Below are positions 1-8,680 of a stretch of DNA of 26,621 nucleotides, one piece after another. Positions within the stretch are counted from its first letter, which is position 1; each line of letters begins with the position of its first letter. A program made the translations under genes and the position numbers. The notes under the pieces are model-generated. The model did no database searches and was not told the origin of the DNA. It saw only the letters and a list, made by a program, of their open reading frames with translations. Origin of the DNA: a virus (lineage: Duplodnaviria; Caudoviricetes); the IMG/VR virus record IMGVR_UViG_3300011337_000477, positions 1 to 26,621 of that record; one strand, written 5' to 3'.

Positions 1-11
1 GAATGTTTCGG

Positions 12-27
12 AGCCCAACGTTGGGCT
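12..27. repeat. Perfect 16-bp palindrome upstream of terS (candidate cos or operator element)
   Basis: AGCCCAAC|GTTGGGCT at 12-27. The half-site GCCCAAC recurs at 72-78. Function is inferred from position only. Confidence 0.55.
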
Positions 28-156
28 AGGCAATAGCCGAAATAGTTACTTCGCTTGTATTAGCAATAGTTGCCCAACCCGGCCAAAAAACAAAAAGCCG
101 GCCACTGTAGCACGTAAAGTTGGTTAAGTGGCTTAATACAACGCTACACTTACCGC

Positions 157-723
157 ATGGCTTTAATCACAAAAGCAGAAGCAGGTAGAGCCCTAGGCGT
201 TACCAAAGAAGCGGTCTACGCCGCAGTAAATGCAGGCCGCCTATCAGTGGTACACACTGCAGACGGGCGCGAATTGGTGCAATCCGACACGATGCGAGAG
301 GAATGGGAACGCAAAACACAAAGGCGAGTCGGCCGCGGCCCTAAGACCCCGTCAGACCCCTCCGCCGGTAAGCCGCTTCGCCCGGTAGAGGAACGGTGTC
401 GCGCCCAGGAGAGCGATACGTCGCTGGCACGAACGGAGGATCAAGTCCCCGACTACAACGAATCTCGCGCCCGCACGGAGTATCTGAAGGCGGAACTTCT
501 AGAGCTGGAACGCAAGCAAAAAGAAAAATCACTGGTAAAAGCGGACGAAATCGAGTCAAAATGGGTAGAAATTATCACAATTGCACGCACAAAGATACTC
601 GGGATACCAACTAAGGCGAAACAGCGCATACCCGACCTCGACACCGACGCAATCACCCTCCTCGACGACATAGTCCGCGAGACCCTTGAGGACGTGGCCG
701 CCTCAGCAGACGCAGAGCCCTAA
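157..723 (+). CDS. terS: Terminase small subunit (lambda Nu1-like)
   Basis: N-terminal HTH-like segment (ITKAEAGRALGVTKEAVYAAVNAGRL) and a coiled-coil (YNESRARTEYLKAELLELE...LV). The C-terminal helical region is Nu1-like, and the gene lies directly before terL. Confidence 0.88.
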   Translation: MALITKAEAGRALGVTKEAVYAAVNAGRLSVVHTADGRELVQSDTMREEWERKTQRRVGRGPKTPSDPSAGKPLRPVEERCRAQESDTSLARTEDQVPDYNESRARTEYLKAELLELERKQKEKSLVKADEIESKWVEIITIARTKILGIPTKAKQRIPDLDTDAITLLDDIVRETLEDVAASADAEP

Positions 724-746
724 GCCGCGCCACTAAGCCGCGCCGC
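721..746 (+). repeat. Tandem 13-bp repeat TAAGCCGCGCCRC x2, member of a gene-end motif family
   Basis: TAAGCCGCGCCAC-TAAGCCGCGCCGC. Similar motifs occur at 4584, 7967, 14999, 16272 and 16701. Confidence 0.7.
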
Positions 747-766
747 TGCCCCACCACCGCTTACCT

Positions 767-2626
767 ATGTCGCTTACTAACCTGGCCCGCCTAGAACGCG
801 CCACCTACAAGGCCTTCAAACCCCCAAAACGCCTCTCCCTCAGCGAGTGGGCCGACACCTACGCCTACCTCAGCGCCGAGAGCAGCGCCGAGGGCGGCCG
901 CTGGCACACACTCCCCTACCAAAAGGGAATGATGGACGCCATAAGCGATCCGCACCTCGAACAGATAACGGTAATGAAAAGCGCAAGGGTGGGCTATTCC
1001 AAAATACTTAACCACGTAATCGCCTATCACATACATCAAGATCCCTGCCCGATCATGTTGGTGCAGCCCACCATCGAGGACTCGCAGGGCTACTCCAAAG
1101 AAGAGATTGCGCCGATGCTGCGCGACACCCCCTGCCTCGCCGGCCTAGTCAGTGAAGCCAAAGCCAAGGACGGCGCCAACACGATCCTCCAAAAGCAGTT
1201 CCCCGGTGGAACGCTCAGCCTGGTTGGCGCCAACTCGCCCCGCGGCTTCCGCCGCGTCAGCCGCCGCGTCGTCCTCTTCGACGAGACCGACGGCTACCCC
1301 CAATCCGCCGGCGCAGAAGGCGACCAGATCAAGCTCGGCATCCGCCGCACCGAGTACTACTGGAACCGCAAAATCGTCGCCGGCTCCACCCCCACCATCA
1401 AGGACTTCAGCCGCATCGAGCGGATGTTCCTTCAAGGGGACCAGCGCCGCTACTTCGTGCCCTGCCCTCACTGCACCCACATGCAGTACCTCAAGTGGCC
1501 AAGTCTGCAGTGGACCAACAACGACCCCTCCACCGCCGCCTACCAATGCGAAAGCTGCGCTGAACTCATCCCCCACTCCAAAAAGCGCTGGATGGTCGAG
1601 CGCGGCGAATGGCGTGCCACAGCACCAGGCAACGGCAAGCACGCCAGCTTCCACATCTGGGCCGCCTACTCCTACTCGCCCAACGCCAGCTGGTCCAACC
1701 TCGTCGAGGAGTTCCTTGACGCCAAAGGCGACGCCGAACAACTCAAGACCTTCGTAAATACGGTGCTAGGCGAGGTGTGGGAGGACGAGTACGCCTCGAA
1801 GGTCGGCGCGGCCTCGCTGCAGGAACGCGCCTCCACCGAAACCTACGAACGCCTCATCGTCCCCGCCCAAGTCTTGGCGCTAACTATCGGCTGCGACGTC
1901 CAAGACGACCGCCTAAGCCTGAGTGTCTGGGGCTGGGGACGTGAGGAGGAAGCGTGGCTAATCGACCGCTCCGTCATCTACGGCGACCCCTCCCGCCCCG
2001 ACCTCTGGAAGCAGCTCGACGAAATCCTCACCCGCCCCTTCATCAGCGAAGACGGCCTCGACCTCAAAATCTCGATCTGCGCCATCGACTCCGGCGGCCA
2101 CCACACCGCCGACGTCTACGCCTACACCCGCGAACGCGCCGCCCTAGGCACCATCGGCATCAAGGGCATGTCGACCAAGGGCAAGCCCCCCTTAGGCAAA
2201 GCGTCCAAGGTCGACCTCAACCACAGCGGCAAGACCCTCCGCAAAGGCGCCCAAGTCTTCCCCGTAGGCACCGACACAATCAAATCCCTACTCTTCGGCC
2301 GCCTCAAACACAACGACAAAGGCCCCGGCTACTTACACTTCTATCCCACAATCGGCACCGATTACTTCGAAGAACTCACTGCCGAAAAACAAATTCTCCG
2401 CTTCAAAAACGGATACCCGCAACGTGTGTGGGTGAAAAAGAGCAACGCACGTAACGAAGCTCTGGACGAACTCGTTTACGCCTATAGCGCCCTACACCGC
2501 CTCTACCAGCTCTACGACCGCCGCACCATCTGGGACCAACTGGAACGCAAGCTCCGCGCCCTCCCCGACGACCCGGCGGTTGAATCCAAACCCCGTAATC
2601 ACGCCGCATTCAACGTCCTAAGCTGA
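767..2626 (+). CDS. terL: Terminase large subunit, lambda gpA family
   Basis: LSLSEWAD start motif, PYQ adenine-binding motif, Walker A VMKSARVGYSK, Walker B VVLFDETD, STPT coupling motif, CPHC...CESC Zn site, and nuclease motifs GCDVQ, IDSGG and RNEALD. Confidence 0.97.
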   Translation: MSLTNLARLERATYKAFKPPKRLSLSEWADTYAYLSAESSAEGGRWHTLPYQKGMMDAISDPHLEQITVMKSARVGYSKILNHVIAYHIHQDPCPIMLVQPTIEDSQGYSKEEIAPMLRDTPCLAGLVSEAKAKDGANTILQKQFPGGTLSLVGANSPRGFRRVSRRVVLFDETDGYPQSAGAEGDQIKLGIRRTEYYWNRKIVAGSTPTIKDFSRIERMFLQGDQRRYFVPCPHCTHMQYLKWPSLQWTNNDPSTAAYQCESCAELIPHSKKRWMVERGEWRATAPGNGKHASFHIWAAYSYSPNASWSNLVEEFLDAKGDAEQLKTFVNTVLGEVWEDEYASKVGAASLQERASTETYERLIVPAQVLALTIGCDVQDDRLSLSVWGWGREEEAWLIDRSVIYGDPSRPDLWKQLDEILTRPFISEDGLDLKISICAIDSGGHHTADVYAYTRERAALGTIGIKGMSTKGKPPLGKASKVDLNHSGKTLRKGAQVFPVGTDTIKSLLFGRLKHNDKGPGYLHFYPTIGTDYFEELTAEKQILRFKNGYPQRVWVKKSNARNEALDELVYAYSALHRLYQLYDRRTIWDQLERKLRALPDDPAVESKPRNHAAFNVLS

Positions 2627-2648
2627 GGTGCTGTGCATCCCACAACAG

Positions 2649-2655
2649 CTAGACT
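2649..2655 (+). promoter_or_regulatory. Putative promoter -10-like motif CTAGACT
   Basis: Fits TAnnnT and lies 21 nt before the ATG at 2677. The same motif occurs at similar spacing before three other genes. Confidence 0.45.
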
Positions 2656-2676
2656 TACAAGAATCGCGGCATAGAT

Positions 2677-2928
2677 ATGGCAACTCCAGCCGAAACTCGC
2701 TTAGTAGACCTGGAGGGGGCAGAAGAAGCAATACGCGCACTAATAGGCGGAGCACAAGAATATCGCATAGGTACGGCGACAGGTGGCCGCATGGTAAAGC
2801 GAGCCGAACTCGCCCAGCTGATCGCCTGGCGCAACCAACTCAAAGCTGAGGTTGCCCGCGACCGCATGGCCACCAGCCTCATCGACGGCCGCGGCGATGG
2901 CCGTTCCCTCTACATCCGCTTCCACTAG
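2677..2928 (+). CDS. Head completion / head-tail adaptor protein (gpW-like)
   Basis: 83 aa between terL and portal. Helix-hairpin-helix pattern (AIRALIGGAQEYRIG...RMVKRAELAQLIAWRNQLKAEV) typical of gpW-like proteins. Confidence 0.8.
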   Translation: MATPAETRLVDLEGAEEAIRALIGGAQEYRIGTATGGRMVKRAELAQLIAWRNQLKAEVARDRMATSLIDGRGDGRSLYIRFH

Positions 2929-2934
2929 GCCACC

Positions 2935-4599
2935 ATGGGAATCCGCACCTGGCTCCGCAATCGCCTAAGCTCCGCCGCCACGCCACTGGCCCGCACTGGC
3001 ACGCGGATGTTCGACGCCGCTAAGTGGAATCGTTTCACCACTGACTTCCTAGCGCCAAACACCAGTGCCGACGCCGAGCTGCGCGGCAGCCTCAAGGTGT
3101 TGCGCAACCGCAGCCGCGCCCTGGTCCGCGACAACCCCTACGCCCGTCAAGCCAAGCGCACCACCCAAATCAACGTGATCGGCGCCCGCGGCATCCAAAT
3201 GCAGCCGCAAGTCCTCCGCGCCAACAGCCAAGAAAAGGACGAGCGCCGCAACAACGCCCTCCTCGCCGCCTGGAACGCCTGGTGCCGCCCCGACTCCTGC
3301 GACGTCACTGGCCGCCTCAGCTTCCACGGCATCGAGATGTCAATCGTCGGGGCTCTGCCCGAATCCGGTGAAGTTGGCATCCGCCTGGTCCGCCAGCCCA
3401 TGGGCCGCAGCCGCGTCCCCCTCGCCCTCGAACTGATCGAGGCCGACCAGATCGACGACGACTACACCGGCTACAGCGACCGCGCCGGCCACTACTGGCG
3501 CATGGGCGTCGAACTCAACGAGTGGGGCCGCCCCACCCGCTACGCCATCCTGCGCAAGCACCCCGGCGACTCCGACCTCAGCACCTACACCGACGGCACC
3601 CAGAAACACATATTTGTCGAGGCTGCCGATTTCATCCACGTCTTCATCCCTGAGCGCATCGGCCAGAATCGCGGAATCCCGTGGTTTGCCTCGGTAATTA
3701 CTACTTCGTGGAACCTCGGTAAGTATGAAGAGGCCCATTGGACGCGGAAGCGCGTACAGGCCAACAGCCTCGGCTGGATTCAGACCCCCGAACCCGAAAC
3801 CTTCGGCAGCGTCGAGGACGACGGCACTCCCGCCCTCGAAGGTGACAAGCGCCTCTGGAACACCGAGCCCGGCAGCTACAACTTCCTCCTCCCCGGCGAA
3901 GTCGCCATGCCACCCGACTTCGGCCCCGACGACGGCCAGTACGAAGCGGTGGTCCGCAACCTTGCCCGCCGCTTCGCCGCCGGCTACGGCTGCAGCTACG
4001 AAACCCTTAGCCGCGACTTCAGCGAATCGAACTACTCATCGAGCCGCCTCAGCATCCTTGAGGACCGTGACCACTGGCGCGTAATTCAGTCGGTCCTAAT
4101 TCAGCAGGTACACCAGCGCATCTTCGAGGAGTGGCTAAGCGCCGCAGCACTAAGCACCCTGCCTATGCCGCTATTCAACGACGTCTTTGTGCGCCCCGAG
4201 CGCTACACCACCCCCCACTGGCAGGCCCGCGCCTGGAGCTGGGTCGACCCCGCCAAGGAGATGAAGGCCATGGAGCTGGCCCGCACCCTGCAACTCCAAA
4301 CACACGCCGAACAAATAATGGAGTACACCGGCAACGACTTCAACAGCACCATAAGTACGATTGCCAAGGAAAACGAAATTAAGCAGCGCTTAGGCCTAGG
4401 CGCAGCGCCACCTAGTCCCGCCGCAGCGCCGGAACCTAGCAACGACGATGACGTCAATGACGTCAATGACAGCGACGAAGACAACGCCCCGCCGCCCGCT
4501 GCCCCCCAACGCTCCACCCCCCTCTACCTAGAGGGCGACGACGCACCGCCCGTCCTCCTGCGCACCGACCTAAGCGCCGCCGCTAAGTCGCGCCACTAG
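2935..4599 (+). CDS. Portal protein, lambda family
   Basis: Motifs LRNRSRALVRDNPYA, GVELNEWGRPTRY, RIGQNRGIPWF, YETLSRDFSESNYSSSR and WSWVDPAKE. Low-complexity Pro/Asp-rich C-terminal tail. Confidence 0.96.
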   Translation: MGIRTWLRNRLSSAATPLARTGTRMFDAAKWNRFTTDFLAPNTSADAELRGSLKVLRNRSRALVRDNPYARQAKRTTQINVIGARGIQMQPQVLRANSQEKDERRNNALLAAWNAWCRPDSCDVTGRLSFHGIEMSIVGALPESGEVGIRLVRQPMGRSRVPLALELIEADQIDDDYTGYSDRAGHYWRMGVELNEWGRPTRYAILRKHPGDSDLSTYTDGTQKHIFVEAADFIHVFIPERIGQNRGIPWFASVITTSWNLGKYEEAHWTRKRVQANSLGWIQTPEPETFGSVEDDGTPALEGDKRLWNTEPGSYNFLLPGEVAMPPDFGPDDGQYEAVVRNLARRFAAGYGCSYETLSRDFSESNYSSSRLSILEDRDHWRVIQSVLIQQVHQRIFEEWLSAAALSTLPMPLFNDVFVRPERYTTPHWQARAWSWVDPAKEMKAMELARTLQLQTHAEQIMEYTGNDFNSTISTIAKENEIKQRLGLGAAPPSPAAAPEPSNDDDVNDVNDSDEDNAPPPAAPQRSTPLYLEGDDAPPVLLRTDLSAAAKSRH

Positions 4600-4658
4600 G
4601 CTGCACCAAGGCGCCACGCCTAAGCTGCACCTAGTACCTAGGCCTAGCGCCGCAGCTT

Positions 4659-7343
4659 ATGGCGATTGTGAACGGTGTAGAGATGGACCTCACACCCACT
4701 GAGGGGATGCGAACGGAAGCGCAGCGCTACCGCGATTGGAAAGACGAAGGCCAGGCCGGCGGCACCGAGGTAGCCGCTCGCCGCGCCTCCCAAATACTCA
4801 GCGGCGACGAGCTAAGTCCCGACACCGTGGTAACTATGAGTGCCTGGTTCGCCCGGCACGAAGTCGACAAACAAGGCGAAGGTTTCAGTCCCGGCGAAGA
4901 CGGCTACCCCTCGCCCGGCCGCGTCGCCTGGGCAGCGTGGGGCGGTGATCCCGGCAAGAGCTGGAGCGACCGCCACGCTGGGCACATACAAAACGACGAG
5001 GACCGCAGCTCCCGTGCCGCGGCCGACGCCCTAAGTACGGGGGACTTCGTCGCTTGGCAGTCAAGCGGTGGTACGGCAAGGGGGCGCATCGAGCACATCA
5101 TGCGCGAAGGCACCCTCGGCGTCCCCGACAGCGACTTCAGCATCGAGGCCACCGCCGAAGACCCCGCCGCCCTCATCCGCATCTACCGACCCCGCGGCGA
5201 AGGCTGGCAAGAAACCGAGACCCTCGTAGGCCACAAATTCTCCACCCTCCGCAAAATTGACGCCCTACGCACCGCTTATGAGGATGAAGACGATGACACT
5301 AAGCTGAATGAATCGCCCGAAACACTTAGCGGCGCCACTACACCGCTTAGCGAGGAAGAAACCATGCCTAAGACGCCTGATGAAGAGCTGGAGCGTGTCG
5401 CCGCTCCGCCCATAGACCTCCTACGCATCAACAAAGAGGGCCTGCGCCGCGAGGTCTCCCAAGGCGTCCGCGTCGAAGACAGCACCGACCAAGGCCTCAC
5501 CTTCAGTTTCAGCTCCGAAGCCCCCGTCGAGCGCTGGTGGGGCAAAGAGGTGCTTATGCACGACGAGGGCGCCATGGACCTGGGCCGCATGAACGACGGT
5601 GGCGCCTACCTGTGGAACCACAACCGCGATGTCGTCCTCGGCGTCGCCGAAAAGGCTTGGCTCGGCGCCGACCGCCGCCTCTACACCACCGTCAAGTGGA
5701 GCCCCAACACTAAGGAAAAGGGCACCGAGGAGTACAAACGCCGCCGCGACATCGAGGCCGGCATCACCCGCAACGTCTCCTTCGCCTACGAAATCGGCGA
5801 CATGCGTGAAGCCGCCAACGGCGAAATGCAGGTCACTAAATGGAATGTTCTGGAGGTTTCCTCTGTGAGCGTGCCGGCGGACCAGACAGTCGGCCTAGGC
5901 CGCGCCCTAAGTAGCGGCGATGAAGCCGAAGTCCCGCATACCCCCGAAGAACTAATGCAACCGGACGACGTTATGCTTGGAACTAAGCAGTCCGCCGAGC
6001 GCGGTACTGAAGCAACTAGCCCCGCACCCCTGATCATGGAACAGTCTATCGACATCCAAGAGGTGCAATCCGCCGCTCGGGCTGCTGAGCGAGATCGGGT
6101 TGCCGTCATCCGCGCCATGTGTGCTCAGCACCAAGTTGGCGACGAGATGGCCGACCGCCTCATCAACGACGACGCCAGCATCGACCAAGCCCGTGAGACC
6201 GTCCTCACCCAGCTCGGCCGCACCCGTAAGGAGTTCCAAGGCCGCCTCCACGACGACGGCGCCGGCTCCATCGGCCTCACCCCTCAGGAAGTCAAGCGCT
6301 ACAGCTTGATGAACGTGATCCGCCACCTGGCCGATCCCTCCGACCGCGCCACCCGCGAAGCCGCTTCCTTCGAGCTTGATTGCTCCAAGGCAGCCGAAGT
6401 CAAGCTCGGCCGCGCCGCCAAAGGCGTCGTGATGCCCTGGGACGTAATGGCCTCCACCCAGCAACGCGCCCCTCAGGCCGCGGGCACTGCCTCCTCCGGC
6501 GGCTACTTGGTGGACACCCAGCTGCTGACCGGCTCGTTCATCGACCTCGTTCGCAACCGCTCCGCCCTGCTCGGCCTCAACGTCACCACGCTGACCGGCC
6601 TGACCGGCAACGTTGACATCCCCAAAAAGACCGGCAACACCACCGCCTACTGGGTGGGTGAAGACGTGGCCGTGAGCGAGACCAACATCGCTCTGGGCCA
6701 GATCTCCATGACCCCCAAATCACTGGGCGGCTACGTGGACATCACCCGTCGCCTCATGCAGCAGTCCTCCCTGGACGTAGAAGCCCTGGTCCGCGCTGAC
6801 CTGGCCGAGTCAATCGCCCTGGCAATTGACTCCTCCGGTGTCTACGGCCTCGGCGGCTCCTCTGCCCTGCTAGGCATCAAGAACATCACCGGCGTTGGCA
6901 CCGAGACCCTCACCAGCGACGCGGTTACCAACAAGTCCATCGGTGGCGTTACCTACTACTTCGGTAACTTCTCCGACTACGTGAACATGGAGACCACCGT
7001 CTCCGTGGCCAACCTCGACGTCAACTCGATGTTCTACGTGGGTAACGCTCACGTCCGCGGCGCTCTCAAGCAGACGCTGCGCAACACGAACAGCGAGATG
7101 TTCATCTGGGACAACAACGAGGTCAACGGCTACGGCGCCCGCGTCAGCAACCAGCTGATCGGCTCCAACGTCATCTTCGGCGACTTCAGCCAAGCCATCT
7201 TCGGCTTCTGGTCCGGCGTTGACATCACCGTCGACCCCTATACCAACAGCACCAAAGGCACCACCCGCATCGTCGCCTTCCAAGACGTCGACTTCGGTGT
7301 GCGTAACCCCGGCGCCTTCGTGTTCGGTTCCGGTAACGCCTAA
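4659..7343 (+). CDS. Fused capsid polyprotein: uncharacterised N-domain + DUF2945/Hva1 Tudor-like domain + HK97-type prohead protease + scaffold + major capsid protein
   Basis: Protease motifs SFSSEAPVERWWG, YLWNHN, NVSFAY and EVSSVSVPAD (about 5440-5905). Capsid motifs GGYLV, AYWVGE, MTPKSLGGYVDITRRLMQQS and FGDFSQ...VDPYT (about 6470-7340). Tudor-like GDFVAWQSSGGTARGRI...VGHKFSTL (about 5030-5260). Confidence 0.92.
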   Translation: MAIVNGVEMDLTPTEGMRTEAQRYRDWKDEGQAGGTEVAARRASQILSGDELSPDTVVTMSAWFARHEVDKQGEGFSPGEDGYPSPGRVAWAAWGGDPGKSWSDRHAGHIQNDEDRSSRAAADALSTGDFVAWQSSGGTARGRIEHIMREGTLGVPDSDFSIEATAEDPAALIRIYRPRGEGWQETETLVGHKFSTLRKIDALRTAYEDEDDDTKLNESPETLSGATTPLSEEETMPKTPDEELERVAAPPIDLLRINKEGLRREVSQGVRVEDSTDQGLTFSFSSEAPVERWWGKEVLMHDEGAMDLGRMNDGGAYLWNHNRDVVLGVAEKAWLGADRRLYTTVKWSPNTKEKGTEEYKRRRDIEAGITRNVSFAYEIGDMREAANGEMQVTKWNVLEVSSVSVPADQTVGLGRALSSGDEAEVPHTPEELMQPDDVMLGTKQSAERGTEATSPAPLIMEQSIDIQEVQSAARAAERDRVAVIRAMCAQHQVGDEMADRLINDDASIDQARETVLTQLGRTRKEFQGRLHDDGAGSIGLTPQEVKRYSLMNVIRHLADPSDRATREAASFELDCSKAAEVKLGRAAKGVVMPWDVMASTQQRAPQAAGTASSGGYLVDTQLLTGSFIDLVRNRSALLGLNVTTLTGLTGNVDIPKKTGNTTAYWVGEDVAVSETNIALGQISMTPKSLGGYVDITRRLMQQSSLDVEALVRADLAESIALAIDSSGVYGLGGSSALLGIKNITGVGTETLTSDAVTNKSIGGVTYYFGNFSDYVNMETTVSVANLDVNSMFYVGNAHVRGALKQTLRNTNSEMFIWDNNEVNGYGARVSNQLIGSNVIFGDFSQAIFGFWSGVDITVDPYTNSTKGTTRIVAFQDVDFGVRNPGAFVFGSGNA

Positions 7344-7582
7344 TGGCCTGGTATCAGCTAACCGCTGACGTGATGGTTCAGGGCACCCCCCGATCTTTCG
7401 GGGAGGTGCTCGACCTGAGCGTCACTGATGGCCAGCTGCTAGTCGGCTTGGGCCGCGCTAAGCCTGCCGAGGCGCCTGCGCCTGTCGAGGCCATGTGCGC
7501 CATGCCTGCGCCTGTCGAGGCCAAGACACAAGTCAAGCCGGTGGCACGCCGCCGGACCCCATCCCCCACCCCAGAGGAATAA
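7343..7582 (+). CDS. Small head-associated hypothetical protein with Pro/Ala-rich tail
   Basis: TAATG overlap with the capsid stop; GEVLDL...LVGLGRA segment. It occupies the position of small post-capsid genes. Confidence 0.7.
   Translation: MAWYQLTADVMVQGTPRSFGEVLDLSVTDGQLLVGLGRAKPAEAPAPVEAMCAMPAPVEAKTQVKPVARRRTPSPTPEE
7474..7523 (+). repeat. 20-bp direct repeat GCCTGCGCCTGTCGAGGCCA x2 (30-nt period)
   Basis: Copies at 7474-7493 and 7504-7523 encode PAPVEA twice. Confidence 0.85.
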
Positions 7583-7585
7583 GCC

Positions 7586-7969
7586 ATGGCACTCAGCCAA
7601 CGCAACTTTGAGGCGCTGCAGCACTTCGCTGCATACGCCCCCGCAACAGTCACCGCCACCGGCGCAGGCAGCGCCATCGACCTCCTCGGCTACGACGGCG
7701 ACGTCGTGTTCGTCATGCAGGCCACCGCCGCTGGTGTGTCCGCTGGTTTCAAGGTCCGCCTTGAGCACAGCGACACCACCACCGCTGGCGACTTCACCAC
7801 CATCACTGGCGGCGGATTCACCGACATCGGTAACGCCGCCTACGTCGGCTCCGTTGCAATCTCCAAGGACGATGTGAAGCGCTACTTGCGCGTCAACATC
7901 TACGAAGAGGTCGGCACCGCCAGTTCAGTCGTCTCCGTCACCGGCTTCGGCGTCAAGAAGTACCAGTAA
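7586..7969 (+). CDS. Putative capsid decoration/cement protein (Bbp16-like beta-jellyroll)
   Basis: 127 aa and beta-rich (GSAIDLLGYD, VRLEHSD, KRYLRV). Has a GAGGA RBS, capsid-like codon usage and lies near the capsid gene. Confidence 0.65.
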   Translation: MALSQRNFEALQHFAAYAPATVTATGAGSAIDLLGYDGDVVFVMQATAAGVSAGFKVRLEHSDTTTAGDFTTITGGGFTDIGNAAYVGSVAISKDDVKRYLRVNIYEEVGTASSVVSVTGFGVKKYQ

Positions 7970-7985
7970 GCCGCGCTTCAGCTCT

Positions 7986-8012
7986 GGGGGCAGTCACACC
8001 CGTGACTTCCCC
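7986..8012 (+). terminator. GC-rich hairpin after the head genes (possible terminator or mRNA stabiliser)
   Basis: GGGG-C-AGTCAC accc GTGACT-T-CCCC, with no U-tract. Confidence 0.45.
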
Positions 8013-8018
8013 TAGACT
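8012..8018 (+). promoter_or_regulatory. Putative promoter -10-like motif CTAGACT preceding the fibre cassette
   Basis: Lies 18 nt before the ATG at 8037 and is followed by a strong AAGGAGG RBS. Confidence 0.45.
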
Positions 8019-8036
8019 GCGCTAAGGAGGCACATC

Positions 8037-8375
8037 ATGGCTATTTCCCCTGGTACGTACAACATCAGCCTGCAACGCCGGGCGGATTACTACGTCACAC
8101 TGCAATTCAAAGACAGCACGGGCGCAGCCATAAACCTGACCGGCTGGACCGTTGAAGCCGAGATGTGGAATAAGCAGCGCACCACTAAGTATGTTGATTT
8201 TACAGTTACTTATACTAATCGTGTCACTGGCACAATAAGCATATCGCTTACTGACACCGAAACAACCACTCTGCCTAGCAAAGCCTATTACGACGTACTG
8301 CTGATTAACCCCAGTGGCTTACGCGAATACTACCTAGAGGGCGACGTAAACGCCTACGAGGGGTACTCTACGTGA
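8037..8375 (+). CDS. Ig-like (BppU N-terminal-like) virion adaptor protein
   Basis: AAGGAGG RBS. Beta-sandwich pattern (INLTGWTV, GTISISLTDTETTTL, YYDVLL...YLEG). Confidence 0.65.
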   Translation: MAISPGTYNISLQRRADYYVTLQFKDSTGAAINLTGWTVEAEMWNKQRTTKYVDFTVTYTNRVTGTISISLTDTETTTLPSKAYYDVLLINPSGLREYYLEGDVNAYEGYST

Positions 8376-8680
8376 CTACAGTAAGCGTTACTGCTGTAAG
8401 TAACACAGTTACTGTCGTAGAAAACGGCGCTACTGTTGTAGTACCTGTACCTCAAACTTCGGTAGTAGTTGCCACAACACTGGGCCCCCAAGGCCCGGCA
8501 GGCCCGGCAGGCCCCCCAGGAACATCCGCGCCAGTAACTCCGGTCCTACTCGCGCAGCAGGTAATCGCTGAAAACTACACGGTCACCGCTGGCTATAATG
8601 GGTTATCAGTCGGTGACGTTGATGTGGCAGCCACTTACACTGTGACAGTCCCTGCCGGCGCCACCTGGGTGATTGTCTAA
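8372..8680 (+). CDS. Short collagen-repeat fibre/connector protein
   Basis: GTGA overlap with the upstream gene. Val/Thr-rich N-terminus, GPQGPAGPAGPPG, and C-terminal beta motif NYTVTAGYNGLSVGDV...VTVPAGATWVIV. Confidence 0.7.
   Translation: MTTVSVTAVSNTVTVVENGATVVVPVPQTSVVVATTLGPQGPAGPAGPPGTSAPVTPVLLAQQVIAENYTVTAGYNGLSVGDVDVAATYTVTVPAGATWVIV

Noticed and set aside
1145-2454. Long alternative-frame ORFs inside terL (1145-1741 minus, 1152-1757 plus, 1954-2454 plus) and similar shadow ORFs throughout the window
   Set aside because: They are low-complexity Ser/Pro/Arg or Gly/Val translations expected from C-rich codon bias in the real gene, with no RBS or domain motifs.
4440-4480. TGACGTCAA tandem repeat in the portal tail
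   Set aside because: A simple slippage duplication in a low-complexity acidic linker (DDVNDVND), with no sign of function.
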